A stretch of DNA of 64,000 nucleotides, taken from assembly GCA_030390025.1 (NCBI GenBank), contig CM059432.1:67830001-67894000 (forward strand). The letters are read 5' to 3'. The notes under the pieces are model-generated. The model saw only the letters and a list, made by a program, of their open reading frames with translations, was not told the DNA's origin and did not search any database. The position numbers and the translations under genes were made by a program. Below, piece after piece: positions 12,500 to 26,384 of the stretch; the stretch's first letter is position 1, and every line of letters starts with the position of its first letter. This DNA comes from Squalus acanthias (lineage: Eukaryota).

Positions 12500-14700
12500 G
12501 GATAAATACAGAAAATGCTGGAATTACTCAGCAGGTCAGGCAGCATCTGTACAGAGAGAAACAGAGTTAACATTTCAGGTCGATGACCTTTCATCAAAAC
12601 TGGAAAAAGTTACATATGTAACAGGTTTTAAGCAAGTACAGAGGTGGAGAAAGTGGGGTGGGGGGAAGAAAGAACAAAAGGGAAGGTCTGTGATCGGGTG
12701 GAAGGCAGGAGAGATTGAATGACAAAAGGTATGATTGTACAAAGCAAAAGGAGATGCTAATGGGACAAGTAAAGAAACAAAAGATGAGCCTAGAAGGGGT
12801 GTAAATGAGAATAGCAGAATCATCAACAGCTGCTATCTGGAAAAAATAGGGCCAGAGGTTATGGTCTAAAATTGTTGAACTCAATGTGGAGTCCAGAAGG
12901 CTGTAAAGTGCCTAATCGAAAGATGAGGTGCTGTTCTTCGAGCTTATGTTGAGCTTCACTGGTACAGTGCAGAAGGCCGAGGACAGAGAGATCAGAGTGG
13001 GAGTAGGGCAGAGAATTGAAGTGACAGGTGACCGGTAGCTCAGGGTCATGCTTGCGGACTGAATGGAGGTGTTCCGCAAAGTGGTCACCCAATCTGTATT
13101 TTGTCTCCCCCATGTAGAGGAGACCGCATCGTGAGCAGCGAATACTGTATACTAAATTGAAAGAAATACAAGTAAATCGCTGTTTCACCTGGAAGGAGTG
13201 TCTGGGGCCCTGGACGGTGGGAAGGGAGGAGGTAAAAGAGCAGGTATTGCATCTCCTGTGCTTGCATGGGAAGGTACCGTGGGAAGAGGAGGGGTTGTTG
13301 GGGGTGATTGAGGAGTGGACCAGGATGTCGCGAAGGGAATGGTCCCTTCGGATTGGTGAAAGAGGAGGGGAGGGGAAGATGTGGTGAGATAACGCTGCAG
13401 GTGGTGGAAATGGCGAAGGATGATCAGTTGAATGTGCAGGCTGGTGGGGTAGAAGGTGAGGACAAGGGGGACCCTATTGTAGTTCTGGGAGGGAGGAGAA
13501 GGGGTGAAAGCAGAAGTGCAGGAAATGGAACAGACAAGGTCGTAGACCGTGTCAACCATGATGGCGGGAAATCGTCGTTTGAGGAAAAAGGAAGACCTAG
13601 CGGAAGCATTGGTAAGGAAGGTGGCATCATCAGAACAGGTGTGATGGAGACTGGGCTGGATTTTGTCTTGGGGTCGGGTTGGGGTTGTGTCATCCGCATT
13701 TCGTGTTCCCCACCTGACTCCAAATTAATGTGGATGAATGATGCAATTTTCACTTAATTGGGCAATTGAGTTCGAGCATGTGGGAATCCATGAACTAATT
13801 AGTGGTTTCAGTCTGAAAGTCGCCTCTGATGATGTCATCATTGCTGCTGCATTGCAGGTCAGAGACTGCCTGCCTGGTCTCAGAGACTGCCTGGATGTTG
13901 GTGAGAGAGGATGTGCCTGGCTTTTGCTGTGAGTGGACCTGGGGGGAGAAGAAGAAGAAGAAGAAGAAGAAGAAGAAGAAGAAAGAGAGAGAGGGGGAGA
14001 GAGAGAAATATTTTTTTGCATGCAAGTCCTCTCACAGCAAAGGCCATACAGTCTCTGAAGACATTCAATGCAGCAGTAATACTACCTTCATCACATCTCC
14101 ATTGTAATAGTGGACCTGCAGCTGATAGTCAGCTATCCACTTGTGCTCCTGCCAGGTTTCACTGGAGTGTTTCACACCAGGCGTACTTCACGTCGGAAAA
14201 GGGTTAAACTAGCTAAAATGTTTCAAAATGGCATTACCGAGCCAATTTAGGGCTTGTTAAGGGCTTTAATGGCCTCTCCCGCCTCTTGGAGGCGGGACGG
14301 AGTCGGGAACCCCGCGACTGATTTTGTCAAAATTGCGTGGAGGCGGGATGGAGTCGGGATGGGGTCGGGACCCCCGACCCCGCAACTTTAACCCCCACAC
14401 GCCTCCAAACCCGACTCCACGGGTCATTCAAAATCCAGCCCACGGAAACTGGGAGAATGGAATAGATTCCTTACACAAAGCGGGGTGGGAGGAAATGTAG
14501 TGAAGGTAGCTGTGGAAGTTAGTGGGCTTATAGTGGATATTGGTTGATAGCTTATCCTCAGAAACGGAGACAGAGGAGTCGAGGAAGGGAAGGGAAGAGC
14601 TGGAGATGGACCACGTGAAGGCGAGGAATGGGTGGAAATTGGAAGCAAAGAAGAGGAATTTTTCCAGTTTGGGGCGAGAGCAGGAAACAGCACTGATATA
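12500..14700 (-). mobile_element. Penelope-like retroelement fragment (GIY-YIG endonuclease), interrupted by a MITE
   Basis: ORF 12859-13188 NLVYSIRCSRCGLLYMGET...EH...LEEQHLIFRLGTLQPSGL; degenerate hammerhead near 12565-12600. Confidence 0.85.
13653..14441. mobile_element. Harbinger-type MITE with internal (GAA)n tract
   Basis: Perfect 13-bp TIR GGGCTGGATTTTG / CAAAATCCAGCCC, flanks ACT/ACG. Confidence 0.85.
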
Positions 14701-15596
14701 ATCATCTGGGGTTTCATTCAGGGGAACTGGAGTCTGATGATGTGCTCAGGGATAGCCTGTGTGTGGAACATGGATGTGCAGGCTGACTCCTGCCTTCCTC
14801 CTCCTCCTTTTCCTCTTCCTGAGGTGGTCGCGAAACCTGTGGTGGCAAGGGCTGCGCCCTCATGATGGCCAAGTTGTGTAGGGTGCAGCAGACCACCATG
14901 AATTGGGACACCCAGCTCCGGTGAGCACTGGTGGCTCCTCCCAAGCGGTCAGGGCAGTGGAACCGTTATTTCAATATCCCGATGATTTGCTCGATGATGT
15001 TCCTCATGGCAGCATGACTGTCATTACATGAGTGCTGGGCACAAGTGGTGGGGTTGCGCAGGGGAGTCACCAGCCATGTTTAGAGCGGATAGACCTTGTC
15101 ACCGAGCAGCTGGCCTCAGGTTCGGCGTGGTGGCTGGAAGATTGTTGGTACAGCGGTCTGGCGCAGGAAAAATGCATCATGACTGCTGCCAGGTGAGTGG
15201 GCATTCAGCAGCATGATGCGCTGGGCGTGGACACTTACTAACTGCACATTAAGTAAGTTTGCGGTTACAGTACATCTCAGCATAAAGGTGCGGTGCCCGC
15301 AAATCCACGTGTGCAGTCGATGGCATCCTGCACCATGGCGAAGCCCATTATCCTGGCAAAGCCACTTGCATGCTTCTCGTGCTTCTCCCTGTTTAGAGAG
15401 AAGACAATGAAGTCCCCTCTCCTAGCGTATAGTGCCTATGTGACCTCACAGATGCAGCAATGGATGGTGAACTGTGAGATGTTTGCCTGTTCCAGCCTAG
15501 AAGGATCCATTGGCAAAAAAACTCAGGGCCACGGTCACCTTGAGGGTCATTAGCAGTGCTGTCGTCACCCTGCTCAGAGGCTGCAGGTCTGGTTCC

Positions 15597-18500
15597 AAGA
15601 ACATAAGGACATAAGAAATAGGAGCAGGAGTAGGCCATTCGGCCCCTCGAGCCTGCTCCGCCATTCAATAAGATCATGGCTGAAACATAGAAACATAGAA
15701 GATAGGAGCAGGAGTAGGCCATTCGGCCCCTCGAGCCTGTTCCGCCATTTAATGAGATCATGGCTGATCATCCAAATTCAGTACGCTGTCCCTGCTTTCT
15801 CCCCATATCCCTTGATCCCTTTAGCCTTAAGAAATATATCTAACTCCTTCTTTAATATATTTAATGACTTGGCCTCAACTGCCTTCTGTGGTAGAGAATT
15901 CCACAGGTTCACCACTCTCTGGGTGAAGAAATTCCTCCTCCTCTCAGTCCTAAATGGCTTACCCCTTATCCTTAGACTGTGACCCCTGGTTGTGGACTCC
16001 CCCGCCATCGGGAACATCCTTCCTGCATCTAGTCTGTCTAGTCCTGTTCGAATTTTATAGGTTTCAATGAGATCCCCTATCATTCTTCTAAACTCTAGCG
16101 AATATAAGCCTAATCAACCCAATCTCTCTTCATACGTCATTCCTGCCATCCCAGGTATCATTCTGGTGAATCTTCGCTGCACTCCCTCATGGCAAGAACA
16201 TCCTTCCTCAGATAAGGTGACCAAAACTGCACACAATACTCAAGGTGTGGTCTCACCAAGGCCCTGTACAACTGCAGCAAGACATCCATGCTCCTGTACT
16301 CGAATCCTTTCGCTATGAAGGCCAACATACCATTTGCCTTCTTAACCACCTGCTGCACCTGCATACTTACCTTCAGCGACTGGTGCACAAGGACACCCAG
16401 GTCTCGTTGCACTTCCCCTTTTCCCAATCTATTGCTGTTCAGATAATAATCTGTCTTCCTGTTTTTGCCACCAAAGTGGATAACCTCGCATTTATTCACA
16501 TTATACTGCATCTGCCATGCATCTGCCATGCATCTGCCCAATCACCCAACCTGTCCGAATCATACTGGAGTTTCTCTGCATCCTCCTCACAGCTCACACG
16601 CCCACCCAGCTTTGTGTCATCTGCAAACTTGGAGATATTACATCCAATTCCCTCGTCTAGATCATTAATATATATTGTGAATAGCTGGGGTCCCAGCACC
16701 GATCCCTGCGGTACCCCACTAGTCACTGCCTGCCACTCAGAAAAAGACCCATTTATTCCAACTCTTTGTTTCCTGTCTGCCAACCAGTTCTCTATCCAAG
16801 TCAGTACCTTACCCCCAATCCCATGTGCTTTAACTTTGCACGCTAATCTCTTATGCGGGACCTTATCGAAAGCCTTCTGAAAGTCCAAATACACCACATC
16901 CACTGGTTCTCCCTTATCTATTCTACCAGTTACATCCTCAAAGAATTCCAGTAGATTAGTCAAGCATGATTTACCTTTTGTAAATCCATATTGACTTTGT
17001 CCGATCCTGTCACTGTTTTCCAAGTGCTCTGCTATTACATCTTTTATAATGGACTCTAGCATTTTCCCCACTACCGATGTCAGGCTTACCGGTCTATAAT
17101 TCCCCGTTTTCTCTCTGCCACCTTTTTTAAATAGTGGGGTTACATTAGCTACCCTCCAATCCATGGGAACTGTCCCAGAGTCTATAGAATTTTGGAAGAT
17201 GACCAGCAATGCATCTACTATTTCTAGGGCCACTTCCTTAAGTACCCTAGGATGTAGATTATCAGGTCCTGGTGATTTATCGGCCTTCAATCCCGTCAAT
17301 TTCCCTAACACCATTTCCCTACAAATACTGATTTCATTCAATTCCTCCCTCTCATTAGACCCTATGTTCCCCGACATCTCTGGGAGGTTATTTGTGTCCT
17401 CTTTTGTGAAGACAGAACCAAAGTATGTATTTAATTGGTATGCCATTTCTTTGTTCCCCATTATAAATTCCCCTGATTCTGACTGCAAGGGACCTACGCT
17501 TGACTTCACCAATCTTTTTCTCTTCACATATCTATAGAAGCTTTTACAGTCAGTTTTTATGATCCCTGAAAGCTTACTCTCATACTCTATTTTCCCCCTC
17601 TTAATTAATCCCTTTGTCCTCCTTTGCTGAATCCTAAACTGCTCCCAATCCTCAGGTTTGCTGCTTTTTCTGGCCAATTTATATGTCCTCTCCTTAGATC
17701 TTATGCTATCCCTAATTTCCCCTGTTAGCCACGGTTGAGTCCCCTTTTTTGTTTTATTTTTATGCCAAACAGGGATGAACAAATTCTGTAGTTCATCTAT
17801 GCGATCTTTAAATGTTTGCCATTGCCTATCCACCGTCAACCCTTTAAGTAACACTCCCCAATCCATCCTAGCCAACTCGCGCCTCATACCATCATAGTTT
17901 CCTTTATTTAAATTCAGGACCCTAGTCTCTGAGTCAACTACTTCACTCTCCATCTTAATGAAGAATTCTATCATATTATGATCGCTCCTCCCCAAGGGGC
18001 CTTGCAGAACAAGATTGCTAATTAATCCTTTCTCATTACATAATACCCAGTCTAAGATGGCCTGATCTCTAGTTGGTCCCTCGACATATTGGTCCAGGAA
18101 ACCATCCCATATACACTCTAGGAATTCCTCCTCCACAGTATTGTTACTAATTTGGTTAGCCCAAACTATATGTATTTCGTCTACCTCAATTCCACTTTCC
18201 TGCACTATCCCCATATCCCTTGATTCCCTTAATATCCAAAAATCTATCGATCTCTGTCTTGAATATACTCAATGACTGAGCCTCCACAACCCTCTGGGGT
18301 AGAGAATTCCAAAGAATCACCACCCTCTGAGTAAAGAAATTTCTCCTCATCTCAGTCCTAAATGGCCGACTCCTTATTCTGAGACTGCAACCCCTGGTTC
18401 TAGACTCCCCAGCCAGGGGAAACATCCTCCTACACCTACCCTGTCAAGCCCTGTAAGAAATTTGTATGTTTCAATGAGATCACTTCTCATTCTTCTAAAC

Positions 18501-20215
18501 TCCAGAGAATATAGGCCTAGTCTACTCAATCTCTCCTCATAGGACAATCCCCCTATCCCAGGAATCAGTCTGGTGACCCTTTGTTGCACTCCCTCTATGG
18601 CAAGTATATCCTTCCTTAGGCAAGGAGATCAAAACTGTACACGATACTTCAGGTGTGGTCTCACCAGGGCCCTATATAATTGCAGTAAGACATCTTTACT
18701 CTTATACTCAAATCCTCTTTTGATAATGACCAACATACCATTTGCTTTCCTAATTGCTTGCTTTACCTGCATGTTAACTTTCAGTGATTCGTGTACAAGG
18801 ACACCCAGGTCCCTCTGAACACCAACATTGCTCAATCTCTCACCAATTAAAATATACGCTGATATTCGATTTTTCCTCCCAAAGTGGATAACTTCACATT
18901 TCTCCACATTATATTCCATTTGCCATGTTCTTGCCCACTCACTTAGCCTGTCTATATCCCCTTGAAGCCTCTTTGCATCATCCTCACAACCTATATTCCC
19001 ACCTAGCTTTGTATCATCAGCAAAGTTGGATATACATTTGGTTCCCTCATTCAAATTATTGATATAGAATGTGAATGGCTGAGGCCCAAGCACTGATCCT
19101 TGTGGTACCCCACTAGTTACAGCCTGCCAACCTGAAAATGACCCGTTTATTCCTACTCTCTGTTTTCTGTCCGTTAACCATTCCTCAATCCATGCTAGTA
19201 TATTATCCCCAATCCCATGAGCCCTAATTTTGTTTAATAACCTCTTCTGTGACACCTTATCGAATGCCTTCTGAAAATCCAAATAAACCACATCCAGGTT
19301 CCCCCTTATCTATTCTGCTAGTTACAACCTCAAAAAACTCTAACAGATTCGTCAAACATGATTTCCCTTTCTTAAATCCGTGTTGACTCTGTCCAATCCT
19401 ATTATTATTTTCTAAGTGCCCTTTTACCACGTCCTTAATAATAGATTCTAGCATTTTCCCTACTACTGATGTCAGGCTAACTGCTCTGTAGTTCCCCATT
19501 TTCTCTCTCCTTCCTTTCTTAAATAGTTAGGTTACATTTGCTACCTTACAATCTGCAGGAACCGTTCTAGAATCAATGGAATTTTGGAAGATGACAACCA
19601 ATGCATCCACTATCTCTATAGCCACCTCTTTCAAAACCCTAGGCTATAGGCCATTATGTCCAAGGGATTTATCGGCTTCAGTTCCATTAATTTCTCCAGT
19701 ACTATTTTTTTACTAATACTAATTTCTTTCAGTTCCTCATTCTCGCTAGACCCTTGGTTCTCTACTAATTCCGGAAGGTTTTTTGCCTCTTCTTCCGTGA
19801 AGACAGACACAAGTATTTGTTTAATTTCTCAGCCATTTCTTATTCCCCATTATAATTTCTCCTGTCTCAGCCTGTAAGGGACCCACATTTACTTTCGCTA
19901 ACCTTTTCCTTTTTACATACCTATAGAAGCTTTTACGATCTGTTTTAATGTCCCCGGCTAGTTTACTCTCATATTCTATTTTCCCTTTCTTTATCAATTT
20001 CTTGATTCTCCTTTGCTGAATTCTAAAATCCTCTCAATCCTCAGGCTTACTGCTCTTTTTGGCAACATTATAAGCCTCTTTCTTTGATCTAATACTATCT
20101 TTAACTTCTTTTGTTAGCCACGGGTGGACCACTTTTCCTGTGGGGTTTATGTGCCTTAAAGGAATGCATATTTGTTGTAAATGATGTATTAATTCTTTAA
20201 ATGCTAACCATTGCT
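15597..20215 (-). mobile_element. CR1-type LINE (outer copy; tail at 15597-15682, body at ~18177-20215)
   Basis: RT ORF fragments at 18186-19499. The 3' UTR is split by the inner CR1. Confidence 0.85.
15683..18176 (-). mobile_element. CR1-type LINE (inner copy), 5'-truncated
   Basis: 572-aa ORF 16496-18214 with RT motifs; own AAACATAG-repeat tail at 15683. Confidence 0.92.
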
Positions 20216-21182
20216 AATCTGTTCTGTGACCTCCTCCTTGGTGATGCAGAGCCACTGAATACACTGCTCCTGGCTTAGGCGCAGGTTGGAGAAGTGCTCC
20301 CTGAAGACCCTAGGTGGGTACAGACTCCTGCTGAGGGCCCTCCTCCCCCTCCTCCCTCTGTGAGCAACTTGTCTTCTTTGCTGTCTCTGCTCCATCTTCC
20401 TGTCATGCTGCAGCGCAAAGGGGACTGCAACTAGAGCGCCATGACTAGGAGTCAGTGGTGTACTCAGAGGCCTTCCAGTACCAGCCAACGCCTTCCCAGC
20501 GTCCAGCAGCACTCCCTGCACACTTTATCAACTTTTCAAATCTCTTCCATCAAACCAGTACTCCTACAAACGCTGCAAGAGCCAGTAGATAGCAATAAGC
20601 AACTAACCTGCAAGTTGGATGTATCCCTTTAAGTAGCATTGGTGGGGAGGTCCCTCATGCAGCTGTACACATGTTCAGCTGTGCATATTTAGGAGAGGGC
20701 ATTGAATAGAGCAGCGAGGTTGAAAATGGCTAGTCGTGCGTCAAATCAGCATTACACACTGTCTGAAGTCACAATCTGCCTACTCTGCCTACTACCGGCG
20801 CACGTACATACTGCCCACACTATCACCCTCACCAAGATGGCGTTTAGCGCAGGGCGCGCCGGAAGTGGGGCAGAAGTGAGGTGGACGCCATTGTTTCTTC
20901 AAAACTGGCCAAAACTTCCAGCGCTACAGAGCCGAATTTTGCGGCCTGTGATATAAAGCCCACCTCCTATTTTAAATAGACAACAACCACAGGTGAAGCT
21001 TGCACAGAGAATCTGGCTTATAGTACACCTGTTTGGCCAGCGCATCTGAGGCAGCAGCTCTAAAGGACCTCAGCTTATCATATAAAGATAAGTTGTGGTG
21101 GTCGAAAAAAGGATTGATTTTTTGCAATGATACAGCAGAGACATGTCGGCAACACTGCTCCCTTTGATGCTAAAGAGTTAGA

Positions 21183-21303
21183 AGCATATAGAAGCATAGA
21201 AGATAGGAGCAGGAGTAGGCCATTCGGCCCCTTGAGCCTGCTCCGCCATTCGATGAGATCATGGCTGATCATCCAAACTCAGTATCCTGTACCTGCCTTC
21301 TCC
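21183..21303 (-). mobile_element. CR1 3' tail fragment
   Basis: Matches the 3' ends at 15683-15800 and 48370-48498. Confidence 0.85.
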
Positions 21304-21657
21304 TGTGACAGGAGGTGCACCAAGGGAGTGTGACCCTATTGGGATGATGAGTACACTTCAGTAAAATCATAGATGGCTGCTTGGAGAGAGTTTGCTGAAT
21401 GAATCATTTCACCTACCCAGGTCAAATGTACTTGGGTACAAATGAGAAAGTAGTTTGATGAAAACTCTATTATATCATCCCATAATCTGTGTTGTTTGAA
21501 TGAAAAAAGACCGAACTTTTCAAGTCTTTCTTCGTATAAAGAATAAGAGGTGTGATAAAGGGCAGTTAGAAAGATTAACTGTAGTCGTCTGGCATTGTTC
21601 TCTGCACAGGCATTGTTCTCTGTCTATATATGCTGTGCCCATTTGTGTTTCTTCACT

Positions 21658-21694
21658 TCACCTGACGAAGGAGCAGCGCTCCGAAAGCTTGTGA
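21658..21694 (+). ncRNA. Minimal type I hammerhead ribozyme in a Penelope-like terminal fragment (~21610-21745)
   Basis: tcac-CTGACGA-aggagc agc gctcc-GAAA-gctt-gtga. Flanks match 50090-50225. Confidence 0.75.
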
Positions 21695-21779
21695 TTTCAA
21701 ATAAAGTTGTTGGACTATAACCTGGTGTTGTGCGACTTCTCACTTTCGTATAAAGAAGATAGGCCTGTTCTCCTATCTG

Positions 21780-22100
21780 CCATCCACCCAGTGCTTCTTC
21801 CCCTTCAAATAATACTGGCACCATGGGTTGCCACACAATGAAGGCACAATGGTTGTTTCTTGGGTAGCAGATACTGATCAGCTAAATGATGTTACTGTAA
21901 ACAGTAATTGAGTGGAAAGCCTTCCACTTCATAACCATGGGGTTGATATGAAGATGCCTGATTCCGATATGAGTACCATGTGCAACTGATCACACTCAAG
22001 GTAACCTTGCCACCTAATGAGAACTATGCACCTTGTCCAGATGATGCCACCTTTCCCCAGGAAAAATGGAAGTGCTGCCCTTTGCAAAGAAAATGCTTTC
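21780..22100 (-). pseudogene. Highly decayed Harbinger transposase fragment
   Basis: Minus strand gives GTHIGIR and KAFHSI, resembling the DGTHI and NRKGFHSIN motifs; frames are broken. Confidence 0.4.
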
Positions 22101-23129
22101 AGTTCCCTGATGCATGTGTTCTTTACAGACTGCAGGATGTGGCATATGTCTCCTGGGATTTCTTGGTAGGATGTAATAGCATGGAAGCTTCATACTATGG
22201 TAACCTTCCCTTCCTCAAATCACCCATCGTTATTAGATCTCTGAATGAGACTGGCAGTTAGTGCTGAATTATTAGGACAGTTTTGTCCTCACCATCTGTA
22301 CCATTAAGAATTGCATTAAGATGAGCTAAACATTTCAATTAGAACCCTTACTGTGAGCAAAGAGTCATCCATCAGTCCTAATTAGATTCAAATTCAGGTC
22401 TCAGAAATGAAAGGTTAGTATTCAAATCCGCTGCACTCGCAATAAAACATTCTTTTATTATCCATCAATTACGGGTACTTTCAGAAAAATAAAAAATGAT
22501 GCTGTACGTTTGAGGAAATATTACAGCACTTACAATGGGTTCCTAGCAAAACCTGCTGTTGAGATGGTTGACATCCTGAACTAAACTGCTCAACATTTCC
22601 ACCTTCTGGTGTAAAGGATGGGGCCACTAGTGAATACAATCAGTTTGTGAAGGGATTGCTTGAGTTTTATTTAATCTTCTGGCTGAAGTAATGAGTAATT
22701 CAAAAGCTGCAGAATAAACTGATGAGAGGACATTTGAAGGACTACTTGGTTGAGGAAAGAAATAATTTGTTTTCTGTGAAATAATTATCACATTGGCATA
22801 AACACTTTTCATTATACTCCAGACCTAATTAGATTTGGCTGCTCATCAAACCTAATCTGCAGAAGCTTTAAAATAACCGAATATATTCACACACAGTGGG
22901 GCATAAATTCAACATTGTTGAATGCGATTTATAGACATAAAACAGGGACAGCGATGACAAATTTACCAGATCAATGGCCTGCGCTGAATTTGCGCAATGT
23001 TTGGGCTGCTGCTAAATTGGCCAGGGCCTAATTTTAGGTGGCTGTGGCTGTGGCAGCTGCCTGAAATGAATGCAGGCCTCATTTCAATATGGAAATCAGG
23101 GTCCTACACCCATTTTACATCAACATATG

Positions 23130-25250
23130 AAAACATTAGACAGGAAAAGATCAGCTGCTCTATCTAGCCTGTCCCATTCACTTGTGATGCCTTAATGCAA
23201 AAGGTCAAGAGATTCCTTACCACTTAGGTGCCATGTAGTCACCTGGGAGAACCAAAATCCCAGATCAAAAACCCATACCAATTAGGGAATAAGATATGGA
23301 AAATTCCTCTCCAATCCTTCCAAGCAATAAAAGAGAGTCCAGGAAACTACATTGAACATGACTTATATTAATTGATACCTATCTCTTGTATGATACGATC
23401 TGTCCCCAGCCAGGAACTGGCACTTGAAGATACACAGTGAAGCATCAGTCACCACACAAGCCAGCAATTTGTTCCATAGACCTACTTATCTATGGGAAAG
23501 GAACAACTGCCTAACATCTAACCTATTCTTCTCATGTGTAATTAACACATATGACCCCATGTCCTACTCAACCTATAAAATTTAAATAATTGTCAGTGTG
23601 CACAAAATCTAGTCCTTTCATTATTTTATAGCCCTCAATCAAATCACCCTGAATCTATGCTTTTCTAAAGGATGTAGACCCAGCTCTTTAAGCCTATCTT
23701 GGTAGCTGAGATGTTTTGAACTGTAAATCATTCTTGTGGTCCTCCTCTGAACCTTTTCCAAAGCCTCAATATCACCCACCATGTGAGATGAGCAGAACTG
23801 GACACAGTATTTTAAATGAGGCCTAACCAAGGTCAAGTACAATGACAAAATAATATACGTTTTGATTTGTAATGGATAGTCCTGTGACTGCATCCCAGTA
23901 CCCCATTTGCTTTAGCTAAAGCTTTGCAGCATTGGTCATGAAATTTTAGAGAGTTATGAACTATGATACCAAGATCTGTTTCTTTCACCACATACGTCAG
24001 TTCTGTTCCTTGTAAGGTTTAAGTGTGTTTAGCTTTGGTCATGCCCACATGCATAACACTGCACTTCTCTAAGTTAATTACCATTTACCAAACATGGGCC
24101 CATTGCCCCTACACATCGAGATCTGCTTTCAGTTGTTCAGTCTCCTCCACAGTCCTAACACCGGTACAATTCTTCGTATTATCCGCAAACTTGAGGATCA
24201 TTCCCCCAACATCTTCATCTAAGTTATTAATATAGATAGCAAAGAGCAAATTCCCACTGTAGTAACATCCCACTCATTCCACAAGATTCTATCTTGTAGC
24301 GTAACCTATTGTGAGGTATCTTATTAAATACTTTCTAAAAATCCAGGTAGACAATGGCCCGAAAATTAGACCTAATACGCGAGAGTACGCACTGTGTACT
24401 CTCGCGTATTAGATCTCCAATTGCCGGTTTCCTGCATGCACTGCGCATGTGCGGGAAACTGGCACTTTGTGAATTCAAAAGGGGGCGGTTCCTAAGTGAA
24501 CCGCGTGCGCGCTACAGGCTGTGCGCACGCAGTGCACTTAGTTATTTTTTCAGCTTTGAACGCGCAGGTAAGTGGTGAAGATTTTACACATAAAGAAAGC
24601 AGGCGTAGGACCCCCTTTTAACAAGGTAAGTAGTTAATTAAGTGTTATTTTAAATTTTTTTCAACAGGTTTATCTTTTTTAGAGACTTTAAAGAAAGGTA
24701 GTTTATTTTTATAACTTTTAAAAAGATTTTAAATTTTTTCAAAATTTAATTTTTTGTTTAAAGTGGTTAATTTATTTAACTATACTTATTTTATTAATGT
24801 GATGGCTTTTTTTGAAATTTAATTGAGGTTTAGCTGTTCTTTTGGGGGGGTGTAGTATTCATAGCTTTGACAGGTCTTCCTGTCAAAACTATGAATGAAA
24901 GATGGTGTGCTGCCATTGGCTCTAACTGAATCACGTGATCCCAGAGCTCGCACGAACTAATTGCGTCTCTGGGTCACGCAAGCACTGCACGGTTCCAAGA
25001 GAGAGAGCCTTTCAAACTAAAGTTCATGTGGGCCCGGAGCAAAAAGGTAGGCGCGGAGTGCGATATCGCGGGGATTCCTTACCCCCGCGGGAACCCTCAC
25101 TGTTTAATTTCTGGGCCAATGTCTACCAGCCTGCCCTCATCCACCAACCTAGTGACTTATTCAAAAAATTCAATCAATTTAATAAGACATGAGCTTCTTT
25201 TCCAGAAGCCATATTGGGCTTCCCTGCTGACTCTTTCTTTGTCAAGGTGA
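23130..25250 (-). mobile_element. Old CR1-type LINE fragment interrupted by a MITE
   Basis: LYLTLVRPHLKYCVQF...LEKVQRR, KFADNTK, and DIVYLDF split by the MITE. Confidence 0.8.
24356..25117. mobile_element. Harbinger-type MITE (inverted relative of 3408-4008)
   Basis: TIRs GGCCCGAAAATT / AATTTCTGGGCC, TSD AAT. Confidence 0.85.
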
Positions 25251-26384
25251 TCATATGGAGCATCAGGTTCCATCCACCAAATTTATTTGCCCAGAGTGAA
25301 GCAGGTGCCGAGCCTGCTCCACTCAGCATTATCTGGTCTACTTGCAGTCTAACCAGCAGTCCTGAAAGGGACCATTGGAGGCCGCCACCAAAAATGTAAG
25401 TTCTTTTTCATACTTACCTTGATGTAGAGCCGGGAGGAGGAGGAGTGTTGTAGACCATTGCCAGCCCTCGCTTGGCTTCTCTCCTTTTCTTCCTTCCTGC
25501 TCTCAAGTTTTACCTGCGAACAAAGCAAGTGGCTCAAATTCCATCTGGCTACACTGTGCGTGACTGCCTATCTGAATTGCACTCCATCATAGAGTGCATG
25601 GCAAATCCAACTATGGAGGCCTTGGGTTCCAATCTCCAAATCTCCTCAGTTTCAACATTTGGGCAATCTGATGGAATGAACTATTACACAGGGTGTCACT
25701 GTCCTTGCGGCCCAAAGGTCTGCTCCCATGCAGATCCCTGGACTAGTTGAAAGAGTGTCTAGCGGCAGAGGCATAGCTGGAGTAGACATGTTGGGGGCTG
25801 CAAATTGTCAGAGTAGAAATCCTTGCAGTTCATGAAGGCAATGGAGTTATGTGCAGGAACTCATAGGGTTCAATGATGCTCTGTAATTATAAAGAACCCT
25901 GCCATCCAAAAGAAATGCAGTGTCCTCTTATTCTGCTATTTGTTGCCCATGGGGAATATGATGAAATTGTTTACCTCAGCAAACAACACATAAATCACCT
26001 GCTTGGTACATCTGCCAACTGATGATTGACTGATGTTGTTGATGTCCTCTGTGGCAGCTTGGAATGATCCAGAGTCTTAAACGTTCAGGGTTGCAGTAAA
26101 ATTGACAGTCAAGGCCAGAGCTGGGAGGTTGTCTGGAGGGCAGTTTCCAGGAGACGACACTACTTTGCCACTCCAACTCAAGTGAAGCACAGACTATCAA
26201 GTCAGTTTTCCTCAGATATGTCAAGATAAGCGTACTACTGCCTGCAGCTATCTGGGTAGCAGTGGCTGTGGGAACGTCTAATCTCACTTGTCTTGCATCC
26301 CTCCTTTTCTCCTTTCCTTCCTCCAACTAACATAAAAATAACAGGATTCTCATTGGATTGCCTCTGTTGTGAATTATAGGTAAG

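Larger units (their letters stand above)
14714..20443 (-). pseudogene. Harbinger DDE transposase (HARBI1-like), disrupted and split by CR1 insertions
   Basis: N-terminus at ~20215-20443 (YPPRVFREH). The rest at 14714-15597 shows AIDCT, PGSSHDAF, LLGDKVYPL, IIEQIIGILK*RF and VVCCTLHNLA. Confidence 0.8.
7456..20946. mobile_element. Decayed two-gene PIF/Harbinger transposon expanded by nested insertions
   Basis: Myb/SANT gene on + (9213-12340) converges with a DDE transposase on - (14714-20443). Right end GAATTTTGCGGCC is TIR-like. The left boundary is approximate. Confidence 0.65.

Noticed and set aside
13725..14207. ORFs with poly-S, poly-F, poly-K or poly-R tracts (also poly-Y at 31032-31340)
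   Set aside because: Translations of microsatellites inside MITEs.
16496..18214. 572-aa RT ORF as a possible helper pol for the provirus or an active LINE
   Set aside because: It is a 5'-truncated non-LTR CR1 RT, its N-terminus is borrowed from the flanking element, and its C-terminus is frameshifted by a short duplication near 16510.
25300..26335. Exon-like minus-strand segments with splice signals
   Set aside because: Not recognisable as a host gene. They may be a very old Harbinger Myb-gene remnant, but the similarity is too weak to call.
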